Of a DNA stretch of 64,000 nt, positions 10,901-22,089 are shown one piece after another; the stretch's first letter is position 1; each line of letters starts with the position of its first letter. The DNA comes from Rhizophagus irregularis (taxonomy: Eukaryota): positions 62,001 to 126,000 of the forward strand of contig NC_089436.1 of assembly GCF_026210795.1 (NCBI RefSeq), given 5' to 3'. The notes under the pieces were generated by a model, which did no database searches, was not told the DNA's origin, and saw only the letters and a list, made by a program, of their open reading frames with translations. The position numbers and the translations under genes were made by a program.

Positions 10901-11685
10901 CGTGTTCTTTATCACTAATGTGAGTTTTATTAAGTTTGCTATAAAATGCTCCTTTAGGTGGTAAACTAGTTTTCTCGAACTTTTTCCAGTCATCCATGTA
11001 TTCATACGGGTAGACACCTTTCTTAAGATAAATCTCGAGTAATTCAGGTGGTATTTGACTTCGTGTTATCTTAAAGTTTTTGGGATGTGCAAAGCATCTA
11101 CCTGCATCAATTCGCCATAAGTGTTGTGGATTACTACATTCTTGTGCTTTCTACATTTTTCTGCACCTAGATTGGATGCTAATTTGTCGAAACTTGATTT
11201 CATGAATTGTAAGCTGTCTATAAATCGGAGGGAACCTAACTTGAATGCCATATACTTTTCCATGTTATAAGGGATAGGATCAATATCATCCTCACATTCC
11301 ATTGCACCAATTCCTTGCATAATTATGTGTCCATCATATCCTGATAAATTGTGAAAGATTACTGAGATATGCATTTCACGAGGTTTTATGGATAAGTCAA
11401 GATTACATCCTCTATGTGCTGCACCTCGATACCTTCCTGTAATATGGCAGTGGTCTCTTACTTTATTTCCATCTAAAGGGTTACGACATATCTAGCAGTT
11501 TATTGCATTATCATAACTTGCTTGCTCTTGGGTTGTTAATGGCATCATTTCCATTGGGTTTCTGAATTCATTACGGATTGCTTTAGCCTCATTTAGCATT
11601 TCGATTACAAATTTTTGTGCTGCATTTTCTCCTGTAAATATCTTCTGTGATCACTTACACCATCATATTTTACCTTAATATATAA
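7985..11685 (-). pseudogene. Protein-primed family B DNA polymerase with HNH/endonuclease VII-like insertion; stops, frameshifts, MITE insertion, N-terminus missing
   Basis: FHNLSGYDGH (ExoII), YLKTDVLLL (ExoIII), YLDANNLYGWAM (A), KLMNNSVFGK (B, rejoined across the MITE), YTDTDS (C), KMYS, KAKGV; C*IC...DHCHITGRYRGAAHRGCN at ~11400-11500. Confidence 0.93.
8823..10020. mobile_element. hAT-type fold-back MITE (1198 bp) inserted in polB motif B
   Basis: 8-bp TSD TTCATGAG (8815-8822, 10021-10028); 13-bp TIR TAAAGCTCCGAAC; AACCG/CGGTT subterminal repeats; long internal inverted repeat. Confidence 0.95.
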
Positions 11686-14600
11686 CGGATCAAACTTGAT
11701 AACGGAACATAAGAAAAACATCCTTCAGAGGGACATCGTTTAAGTAAAGTCTTAGAGGTAGAGGATCGCGAGATAGCAGAGGCACAACCTTGGCATGCAG
11801 TAAATTCAGAAAGCATATCATCAACAAATGACGCAATCCAATGTGAAATAAGAGCTTCATTACGTGGAGCAGGATAAGTAGTAATCACACGGCCAACGAG
11901 GAAAGAGTTAGTATTGCGATTAAAAGAAATAGCCCATTGAGGGTTAAACCAATAATTTCGACTAATATCTATAAAAGAAATAGAAGCTACAATATGAGAA
12001 ATAAGAATTCTAAATTGTGGTAAAACAAATAAAGAAAGAGAATTAGGAATAACAATAAGATTAAATAAATAATTAAACCAAGCAGGCACAGATCCTTTGT
12101 TCGATACTCGTTTAAGGAACCGTAAATCTTTCCATGACAAAAGTTGAGAGTCACACGGTGTAATCAGTTGAGCCAGATAATGAGTGCAGAAATTATTCTG
12201 AACATTTTTCATGGAAGTAAATAAATCTTTTGGTAAAATAGACCGAAGTGGAATCGCCGGACATAAATCTTTCCTCGGAAGTCGGAACAATAAAGACCAC
12301 ATGATATTCAATCGAGAAGAGAACAATAAAGAATTGAATAAAGAATGTGTTCGCAAGGAAAAGGTATGGGACCATGGTTCCAGATCAATAATAGAAGGGC
12401 AGGCATCACAATCCAAAAAACCTTGAAGATAAGTAATTATATAATTGGCAAAGAGCTTATATAAAGGGTGAGAAAAAATTTTCTGCCATGAAGCCACATG
12501 GGACGAAAAAAATCGACCAAATGCTTGTTGGATTGAGAATGGTAACAGTGTGAAAAGCGTAGAAAGAGAAGTGACTGAGGCAAAACCAGCCTTCTGTCGA
12601 ATAAGGGAAAGTATTGGAGAAACTATGCGATTAATGGTAGATTTAGCAAATAATGTAATTTGTAGGCGAAATTCTAGCCTCAGAAGTAAAACAATATTAT
12701 AAAGATAAGCCACATGTTGTACCAAAAGTTTTTAGAACTAAGCAAAGCAGCCATATCTTTGACCATGGAAACAGTTTGGTTGTGAACAAAACGAGAAGAA
12801 GCTAAAAGATTAAACCAAACACCTAAAAAACGAAAGGATGTAGATAAGGCTAACGCCTTTAAAGTAAGGGTATGAGATGTAATTAAAGGAGAAGGAGAAA
12901 GATCAAACACAATAGTTTGAGAAAATTGATCAGAAGAAAGAAGGATATATTTTGCTGAGTTTGCTTGAGTATTATTTAAAGTATAGAATTCAGCAGTGAT
13001 GGAAAGGCGATCTTCAATTCCTCGTTTAGATGAAGCAATCAAAGTAGAATCATCCATAAATGTAATATGTGAAACAGGTAAATTATGTTGTTCATATTCA
13101 ATCGGAGAATAATTCATTAATGCAGAAGATTTCAAAATAAAAGGATCACAAGCTTCTCGATTAAGTGTGGTAAGTAAAGGATCCAAATAAATAACCCATA
13201 ATAGCGGAGAAATGATTTCACCCTGGTCAATACCAATTCTAACTCTATATCCAGAAGTATCACCATGATGGGTAATAATTTTATTATTACGTCGCGTAAA
13301 AAGATTAATGATAAATTTAATCAATAAAGACGGTATATGCAGACGAATTAGAACTAGTCTAAGCATATTCAAATCAATTGAGTCAAAAGCTTTAGAAATG
13401 TCTTGAGAAACAATCCATAACTCTTAGTCATCACTTTTGTCAAAGCGTCGTTGATGAATAATAGCATCAAGCATCTTAATAGGAATGTCAGTAGAACCGC
13501 CTGGTAATCCAGCAAAATTACCACCTTGAAGCACTTGATTGTCAGCTAAAATTTTTGAAAGTTGAGTTATAATGACCTTAACTACACATTTCCGTACAGT
13601 TTCCAGCAAAGTGATAGGCCGCGTATTTTTTAATTGGGCATCAAATTCATGAGGCTTTGGAATGGGATAAACGAGTGCTTCACGCCAATCAGCAGGAATA
13701 TCACCTTGGTTAAGATAGGCATTAGCTAAAATAAGAGACAAATTAAAAGCTTCGCCAGTTAAATGTTTGAGCATCTCATAAGAGATTTTGGAAGGACCAG
13801 AGGCTTTATTACTAGGCATAGAATTGAGAGTGCTCTTCCATTCATCTTCCAAAATAGGAGACATGACCGAGTTATATAAAGACGAATCAATATCAGAAAG
13901 AGGAGTATATGCTCTTTGCCAACGTGGAGGAAATGAATTGGTAGAAGAATACTGGACCAAAGGAGGAGTAACAACCGATTGGAAGTGTTTAATAGCAGCT
14001 TGTTTGATATTTGAAGGATCAGTAAGAAGAGTGGGTTTGGAATCAATTACAACCAAAACTCTGTCTAGAACGATAGAACGATGTTCCACTGACAGGGCTG
14101 AAGAAATAAAAGATCCCGGTGTCGTAGAAAATGTTCATCTTTAAGAGCAGTATAATATTCAATGGAGTCTGTACGATGTTAATGGAATTGTGTGGATAGA
14201 TATGCAGAGACCAAAGCTTTTTGCGAACGCAAAAATTTGATAAAAGCAGGAAGTGATGTCGTACTATAAATAGGTATAGTATAATTTTTTAAAAGAGATT
14301 TGAGAAGAGTTAATTGCGTAGGCAAAGAATTAATCATCTGTGAAATTTGAGCTAGACAACTAAGTCGAGACGTGGTCAATTTGAACAATAATCTATCCAA
14401 GAATTTGTTGATAGCAATAAGCATCGTAAGCTCAGGAGGATACTTATGGTGATGGGTATTAAATACATGTTGAAATGGTAGAGAGTCAATGGCACCACCA
14501 AGAATAGAGCGTTTAAGAGCGTGCCAAAGTTTATCCAAAGAAAGAGCTGAAAATGAAGATATGAAGAGATAATGCGTGGCCAGATACAACTCAAGACGTG

Positions 14601-16262
14601 AGTTTACTTCATTGGAAAATGTCTCCCAAGAATCCTCTTTGATATTTTTATAGAGAAAAATTGTGCGTTGTTCACTTTTTTGTTTTAATCTAGCTTTAGC
14701 AAGAGTAGCGAAACAAGAGCTGAAATTAAAGGCCGTTATAAGTATACGGTGATCAGTAAATTGATTATCATTTAACTTAGGACAAGATTCAACATAAGAG
14801 AAAAGACTGGGAGCAGGAAATCCAGGGGATGACCAAATATAATCAAGTATTGAAGAACCATTCTGATAATAAAAGGTAGGACTAGGACCTGAAATTGAAG
14901 AAATATGGGATTGATGATCCGTAAAATATCGAGAAGAAAGTGATCGTAAAATTTTCAAATGATGTTGAGGAAAATGCGAATGTGAAATTTCATCTGCATT
15001 AAAATCACCAAGGATTACTACATGGTAGTTATTAGAACGGACTTTATCAAGCCATAAATTAAGTTGGGCAAAAATAGCATCACGTTCTTTGTAATGAATA
15101 GAATGATAAGGAGGAATATAAACAGAAATAATAGAAATTTTTGTTTGATGAAAAAAAAGATCTAATTTTAAAAGACGACCTTTCCAAAGATCAATCTTCT
15201 GAACATGTTTATGTAAAGGATGACGAAGTAAAAGACCAACACCATCATGAGGTCGTGAATTAGAAGGGGAAGGGGCCCAATACAGTGTGGTACCTCTATA
15301 ATAGGTACCCCTTATATCTTGTGATCTAATGGTCAGAATTTCATAAAATTTTAAAATTAGATAGCTTTTAAAAAGATAAATACATTAAGCAAATAAAAAA
15401 ATTTTCTCAATTTTTTTTTGCTGACATAATACAAAATCACATGACTTAAAATAAATTTGATTGGCTGATGCAATACCTAATGTTAATTAGAATTATGCAT
15501 AATTTTTTATATATAATTTATTATTCATTATAATTATTTAAAGTAATTTGATTAAGTATATTATCAGGAACTTTTCTATGGGATTTATATTTTTTTTAGC
15601 AAGTTCTCCCATGATTCCTTTTTGAGAAATAGATATAATATAATTTGTAATAAATAAAAACTACCAAAATTTTTTTTGAATTTTTTTTCAAAATTTTTTT
15701 AACAAAGTATGGGTAAGTTTATAAGCTAAAATAATTTATTTGAATAAGCACTATCAAATGATTATTTTTTTTATGTTACACAAAAATCACTTATTCTCAA
15801 ATTTTTCCCATCATAATAAATTACCCGAACTTCAAACTTATGTAGCACTAGCAAAATTTATTATTTTTTAATCTAACCCGATAAGTTTAAAAGCTCTTGA
15901 TATGCTTTATTAAAATTATTGGTTAGAATTTTAAAATATTATTTTTTGCTAATGTGACATCTTTTTGAAAATGTCACATTATGACTATAAAATTGGGTTG
16001 GTTATAGAGGTACCGCACTGTAAGACTTAAAATTATGTTGGGAATGTTCATTTTGGTAAATAAATTTAGCACCAGAAGAAGTAAGACGAGTATCATTTAA
16101 AGATAAAACGCCGAAAGAAGAATGAAGGAAATAATTTAACAAATGTAATTGTCGAACAGAAGAACACAAACCATTAACATTGATTTGTCCAAAGTTAATA
16201 AGAGGGGAAGAAAAAGAGGGAGAGGAAGAATTATTAAGACTATTATTATCAGGTTTTGCACT
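11686..16262 (-). pseudogene. LINE ORF2: APE endonuclease plus reverse transcriptase
   Basis: QINVNGL, GDFN, LDYIW, FTDH (APE); KASGPS, RPITLLE, QDISKAFD, GIDQGEIISPLLW, FMDD, FRFLGVWF (RT). Confidence 0.92.
15283..16020 (-). mobile_element. Tc1/mariner(pogo)-type MITE, copy 1 (738 bp), inserted in the APE domain
   Basis: TA TSD; TIR CAGTG(C/T)GGTACCTCTATAA; removal restores FKSY-WAPSPSNSRPHDGVG. Confidence 0.93.
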
Positions 16263-16308
16263 ATTAGGGGGGTGAAATCCCTGTAAATCACCCAAATTAA
16301 GTTGGTGT

Positions 16309-18433
16309 TCAATCATTAGAAGGGGAGGGTTTTGAGGGGGAGAAGGAGTCCAATTTTTCCATAATCGAACCAAGTTGGGCAGAAAGATTTTTTTGTGTAT
16401 TAGTAACACTAAAAATTTCTGATTGTAGACAGGAAGCGTTAGCATTGGGGGTAATATTAATAGGTCGGGAGACAGGTAAGGGGACATGTCTTCTTGATAG
16501 GACGGAGTTAGGATCCAGAGCTGAGAAGGAAGCATCAGGAGAAGTATCCATAAGAGAAGAGGAAGTATGGGGAGGAAGATTGAATCCAGAATTTGTGTCT
16601 TGGGTTGGAGCATCATCCCATCCATTATCATAAGAATGAGTATAATTTTCATGATCATCCTGAGGCGAATACAATTCAGAGTCGCCAGAGGCATCATAAT
16701 TCCTCATTGATTCCAGCTTAGATAGCCTATACTCATGAGTCGTGATAGTATCATTCATCCAAGAGACAGTTTCCTCTAAAGTACGGAGAGTGTTAGCGAT
16801 CTCTTTGATCTGCGCCTTTAATTCATTAATAACATGTTGAGGACGGAAGTGTAGGGGCAGGATTATCAGATGAAGAAGTAGGTGGTGTAGAAATGATAGG
16901 ATGAGGTCTGTGCGGAGGTTGAGTAGGTCCGGAAGAATTTTCATTGTTCCTGGAATTACTATTATTATTGTTGGTCCGGTTGCTACTTCGAGAAGTATTG
17001 GGACGAGAAGTGTTAGAATTATTATTGCTGTTGTTAGAGCGGGATGAAGAGGAATTATTATTGCGAGATCGAGAATTGGAACGCAATATTGAATGGGAAT
17101 TGGAATTGTCACGTGATTGTCGTGAATCCTAACGGCCACGTCTAGGGCCAGCATTGAAGTGAGAGTAAAGTTTGTTAAGATGATCGTCTACTTTTCGTGT
17201 GGTACGGGGATTGCATACAGAGGGAGAACAACCAGGATGCCCACAAATGTGATATAAAGTTTGTGCTTCATTGGGAGGGTGCCATGTTAATCCTTTGCCG
17301 TAGAAAGCCACAGTCATTTCTTTGGCAGCTTCAAGAGATTCAAATGAGGAGAAATTCAAATATACATAGGGTTTAGGCTTGTAGGAGCTGATAGATAAAG
17401 GAACGTTAAGGGCCTTAGCGTTGACTTGAGTAGCAATTTCTAATAGATCAGCTTCTTTAATATTCTTAGGAATGCTGGCAAGGATAGCGACATGTTCTCT
17501 GCGGCTATCACGTTAGGATTTCGAAAAAGATGCCGGGCAGACACGTAAAGAATTACCAAGGCAAATGATCGCCCAAATATCATTAAATTGGGTAACTGCA
17601 TCCGCAGAGGAAAACTGGATATGCCTATTATAATAATGTTTCCTAGGAGTAAGTTTGCACTTGATTACAGTGCCATATCGGGAAAATGCCTGACGGACTT
17701 GAGTCTCAGTTAGGAAAAGAGGGATGTCGGTAACAAACAAAGATTTTGCTTCATCATTGAGTTTGGTATCTGCAGGGGAATAATGAAGGAAGACTAAATT
17801 GAGAAGATCTGCACGTGGGGAGCTGACATAATCGGTAAAATCATGCTGATCATTGAAGAAGACAAGGATTTTCTTGTTATCGCCTGATCTATCGCAGCGT
17901 GCGCGGGCACTATAGGAGGAATATCGGGAGAGTGAGCAATCCACTTCGTCACACATAGAGCGATTGGTGGTGAATGCAGTTTTGAATGCGTCAGGCACGT
18001 CGCGTAAATATGCCGCAGCATAATAATGAGATGGAGCAGATTTTATAGCGGCAGCATTACCATCGGAGGATGGTCATCGTTCAGGGACATCGAAGGCAAT
18101 AGCTTTGCCTTTACCATTGGTGTTAGTGAGAGCATGGATAGAAGCGTCGACAGTTTCAACAGGAGTAGTAGTATTATGAGGAGAGGTAATCACTTGGACT
18201 TTGTTGACAGGAAGACCAGAAGGAACGGTAGAAATAAGAGTGGGAGCAGGAGCAGAGGGCGAAGTTATATCAACATTCATAGCGTCATCAGAGACAATAC
18301 GTGTACGTTTATTAGGTGTGCCAGCGGTACTAGTGGGAGATAAAGGTCAGTCTCCAGAGGGAGTAGAAACAACAGGACGTGGTGACGGTGGAATATCTGG
18401 GTTAATAACAGAAGGAGCTGGAGATGTAGTCAT
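16309..18433 (-). pseudogene. LINE ORF1 (Pro/Ser-rich N-terminus, RRM-like domains, knuckle, coiled coil)
   Basis: LFVTDIPLFLTETQVRQAFSRYGTV (RRM-like), YHICGHPGC, Ser/Arg/Asn-rich linker, coiled coil; several stops and frameshifts. Confidence 0.8.
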
Positions 18434-18605
18434 GGTTTAGAGCTCAGTAAAGAGGAAAGCAACTGGGAAATTATTAGTATTTTGAACGAGCACTTAGAAA
18501 TTTTCTAACGAAAATTTCAAAAATAAATTTTATTAGTATTTTCAAAAATTCAGGAAAGAGTTGCAATGATCCTCCATATTTGGTGATTATAAAGAGATGT
18601 GACTA

Positions 18606-19346
18606 CAGTGCGGTACCTCTATAACCAACCCAATTTTATAGTCATAATGTGATATTTTCAAAAAGATGTCACATTAGCAAAAAATAATATTTTAAAATTC
18701 TAACCAATAATTTTAATAAAGCATATCAAGAGCTTTTAAACTTATCGAGTTAGATTAAAAAATAATAAATTATGCTAGTACTACATAAGTTTGAAGTTCA
18801 GATAATTTATTATGATGGGAAAAATTTGAGAATAAGTAATTTTTGTGTAACATAAAAAAAAAATAATCATTTGATAGTGCTTATTCAAATAAATTATTTT
18901 AGCTTATAAACTTACCTATGCTTTATTAAAAAAATTTTGAAAAAAAAATTTAAAAAAATTTTTAGTAGTTTTTATTTATTACAAATTATATTATATCTAT
19001 TTCTCAAAAAGGAATCACAGGAAAACTTGTTAAAAAAAATATAAATCCCACAGAAAAGTTTCTGATAATATACTTAATCAAATTACTTTAAATAATTATA
19101 ATAAATAATAAATTATATATAAAAAATTATGCATAATTCTAATTAACATTAGGTATTGCATTAGCCAATCAAATTTATTTTAAGTCATGTGATTTTGTAT
19201 TATGTCAGCAAAAAAAAATTGAGAAAATTTTTTTATTTGCTTAATGTATTTATCTTTTTAAAAGCTATATAATTTTAAAATTTTATAAAATTCTGACCAT
19301 TAGATCACAAGATATAAGGGGTATCTATTATAGAGGTACTGCATTG
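18606..19346 (+). mobile_element. Tc1/mariner(pogo)-type MITE, copy 2, inverted relative to copy 1
   Basis: TA TSD (18604-05, 19347-48); same TIR and body as 15283-16020. Confidence 0.93.
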
Positions 19347-19351
19347 TAATA

Positions 19352-19503
19352 CTCCATTTAATAAATAAAGTTGTATCCAGAATATTATATTATAAATAAG
19401 TATTTATACTCCAGGTATTTTACAAATTTTAAGATTTTAAATTGAAAATTTCTATATAAAATATCTGGATACTTTAAAATTTTGATAAATTTTTTTAAAG
19501 GAG
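19352..19503. mobile_element. Possible small Stowaway-like MITE
   Basis: TA|CTCC...GGAG|TA ends; inner GTATCCAGA / TCTGGATAC inverted repeat. Confidence 0.4.
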
Positions 19504-19551
19504 TACTGTGTATAGGAGAAGGTATTGTAGCTCGCGATATACAGTAGTTCT

Positions 19552-19889
19552 AGCGTTTTTTTTGATTTTACATGTAAAAACTTAAAGAAACATTTTCGCA
19601 ACTTCTTTAATAAATAATAAAAAAAAAAGTTGTAAAACGTTTTGTTTATGCATGCATTATTATATAAAAATGTTTTGCAACATTTTTTGTATAATAGCTT
19701 ATTTGGCTCGTGAGCCAGCTCGAGCTTTTTGAGCTAAATCTGTTACAACCTTAAGCTTTTTAAACTGAGTCTAATAACTGGCTTGAGCTCTTCCAAGCTG
19801 ACTCGTAAGCCACTAAGCCAATTTAATCATGACTTGGCTTGAAAAGCTTGAGCTAGCTCATGAGCCAGCTCAGCTCGTGTAGAACACTA
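19552..19889. mobile_element. One end of a hAT-like element (GAGCT/GGCTC subterminal repeats), copy 1
   Basis: Ends ...GTAGAACACTA; aligns by eye with 29230-29464; partner end not found. Confidence 0.6.
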
Positions 19890-20046
19890 CTCTTTATGTC
19901 AAAAAACATTTGAACGAAAATGGAATGAACTTATTAAAGAATTTCCAGCCTGTGATGAACAATACCTTACAAGAGTTGTAAAAATAGTTAAGCTTGTTAT
20001 CAATCGTAATTTTAGCACTGGAATATAAAGCATGTAATGGGTAGAG

Positions 20047-20290
20047 TAAGGTTGCTTGTCTAAACTTCTTCAAAATCCTACGATTAGTTTTGTCAAAATT
20101 TTACTATAGATTTATTATAGTTTTGGCAGAATTTCGGCAGTTTCGGCATTTATAATAAGTTTCAGCAGTTTCGCCTTTCTCCAAAGTTTCGCCAGTTTTT
20201 TAATATAACTTTAATATAGTTTCGGCAGAATTTCGCTTTTTGGCGAAACGCCATCTCGCCTAAACCCCTAGGTTTCGGCAAGCAACCTTA
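20047..20290. mobile_element. hAT-type MITE (244 bp)
   Basis: 8-bp TSD GGGTAGAG; TIR TAAGGTTGCTTG; TTTCG(G/C) subterminal repeats. Confidence 0.9.
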
Positions 20291-20680
20291 GGGTAGAGGC
20301 TACTAATAAAATAATTAAGGATAAATTAAATAGATCCTCATGTCTAACTAATATTGTTGGAGAAATTCAAAAAATATTTGATCAACAATCAAAAAAAGTG
20401 ATATTAAATGAATATAAAAATGAAATTCTTACTAGAGAAATACTTTCAGTAATGGACGAATATTTTCCAGAATTCGATAAAATTCTGTGAGAATATTTAA
20501 CATTGCAAATTCTTCAAAAACAACATGATCAAATAGCGCAATCATTATGCTATAATATGGTATTAATTGAAGATTGGTTACTACTTTTAGATATAAATAT
20601 TTTATTACTAATAATTAACAAAAGAGGAATTTGTAACTAAAAAAAATACTTTCCCTATTTTTTGTTTTTTTTTAATAGAT

Positions 20681-20976
20681 AGGACCCCGGATATCTCCAA
20701 AACAGGTCATAAGTCACACTTTCGGCAGATTGGCACATTTTTCGAAATCAAAAAAATCGTTTTTTGTAAATATCTCGGCATCTAGTGGTCCAATTTTGAT
20801 GAACTTTTTTTTAAATTGTAGAGCTAAATGAGGGATACAAAATAAAAAATAGTTCATTAAAATTGAATAACTGGATGCTGAGATATTTACAAAAAACGAT
20901 TTTTTGAGTTTCAGCAAAAAGAGGTGTTTTTGGCCAAAAGTCCATTATGACCTTTATATTAGATATCCGGGGTCCT
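20681..20976. mobile_element. MITE with AGGACC termini, family A copy 1 (296 bp)
   Basis: TIR AGGACCCCGGATATCT; 8-bp TSD TAATAGAT. Confidence 0.92.
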
Positions 20977-21233
20977 TAATAGATAGTAGACGATTTTTAT
21001 CAGCAAGAAATGACCAGAGAAGATGATTATGACCAACCTCAATCATTATTCTCTTTTTTAATTGAAAATATAGCTCATAATAGTATTCAATAAGTATGGA
21101 AAGTAACTAGATATTGTAGACAAAAATCAGAATCACAATATGTCATTTTACTTGATGATGATTCACATTTATATATCTGTATCAACAGAGAAATAGTGTG
21201 TAGGCACTTCTTTCGAATAATGTCTTATTCAAA

Positions 21234-21930
21234 TTTTTTTTTTTTTTTTTTTTTATGTTTTAGGAAACATCAGCATAGCCGGCTCACCAAAGCTACGTGG
21301 AGGGAGCATTACAACACCAGTTGCAGTAATATACTCCTACCGTTGAGCAACAGATAACCAAGCAACCTACTCTAATTATTTAGAAGTAACTGGATGTTCA
21401 TCCCCCCTACCCCTTATATACCACACTAGGAAAACGACCCAAGTTTATACCCACACAAGGATGGATCGTAGTGCAGCAGGATTTCTGACACAGTTATGCT
21501 ACTCACTAGCGCCCGTCAGAAGTGAGCAACCACCCACGTATGGCAGATATAATGGAGCAGACATCTAGAAGTCCTTCCATGATGGTTAGTTTAGAGGTAC
21601 TGCAATACTAAGACTACTAATATGGCCTCACTCAAAGCCCACTACAGGCTGCAATTACCATACCAGCCCATCACAGTTGTAGATCCCCCGGTAGTAATAG
21701 CAGTGACTACTAGGACAGTAAGCTGCTAAGGGTACTGGGATCACCCCTTTATTATAAGTAACCAACCCAGTTATCCAGGGATCACCCACCAGTACGTCAA
21801 ATTCACTGAGGAATCGAATCTCACCTTAGAACCTTATATACCTGTGAGCCTATGAACGTCTCCAATCAGCCTAAACCTATTAGAAGATAAACTACTGCTA
21901 AAACATCACAGGTCGAAGGGGCACCATTGT
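21234..21930 (-). mobile_element. Candidate tRNA-derived SINE (~0.7 kb) with poly(A) tail
   Basis: 21-nt T run at 21234-21254; GC-richer non-coding body; on the minus strand an A-box-like TAGGCTGATTGG (~21862-21873) and a B-box/T-arm-like TGAGATTCGATTCCTCA (~21807-21823). Confidence 0.55.
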
Positions 21931-22089
21931 TCAAAATTCAAAAAATGCAAATTCCCCATTTTTCTGGAAAATGGTAGGAAATTGTGGAAAATGCTACATT
22001 ACGCTGAGCAATTTTTTGGAATAGCATTGTTACAATATTGTCCGATTTAGCAAATCTTATGAAATTTTGGGAAAATGCTACATTACACC

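Larger units (their letters stand above)
356..11685. mobile_element. Decayed Polinton/Maverick-like element, right end lost
   Basis: pPolB and rve integrase tail-to-tail; six tightly packed intronless genes on alternating strands; candidate AGTAGT terminus at 356 followed by short tandem repeats. Left boundary is inferred. Confidence 0.75.
11686..18603 (-). mobile_element. Non-LTR retrotransposon (LINE), degraded, 3' end missing
   Basis: ORF1 (RRM-like, Cys/His knuckle) followed by ORF2 with APE endonuclease and RT; short 5' UTR; no poly(A) tail at the left end. Confidence 0.9.
19890..21232 (+). pseudogene. MULE/FAR1-type transposase relic, C-terminal part with SWIM-like motif
   Basis: FERKWNELIKEFP..., VEATNKIIK, QYVILLDDDSHL...IVCRHFFRIM; multiple stops; carries two MITE insertions. 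Confidence 0.7.

Noticed and set aside
11686..16262. RT as the missing reverse transcriptase of the gag-pro-int unit
   Set aside because: It is a non-LTR RT fused to an APE endonuclease with its own ORF1, joined to polB by a truncation junction
21800..21880. Functional tRNA gene
   Set aside because: No convincing acceptor or anticodon stems; treated as a SINE head instead
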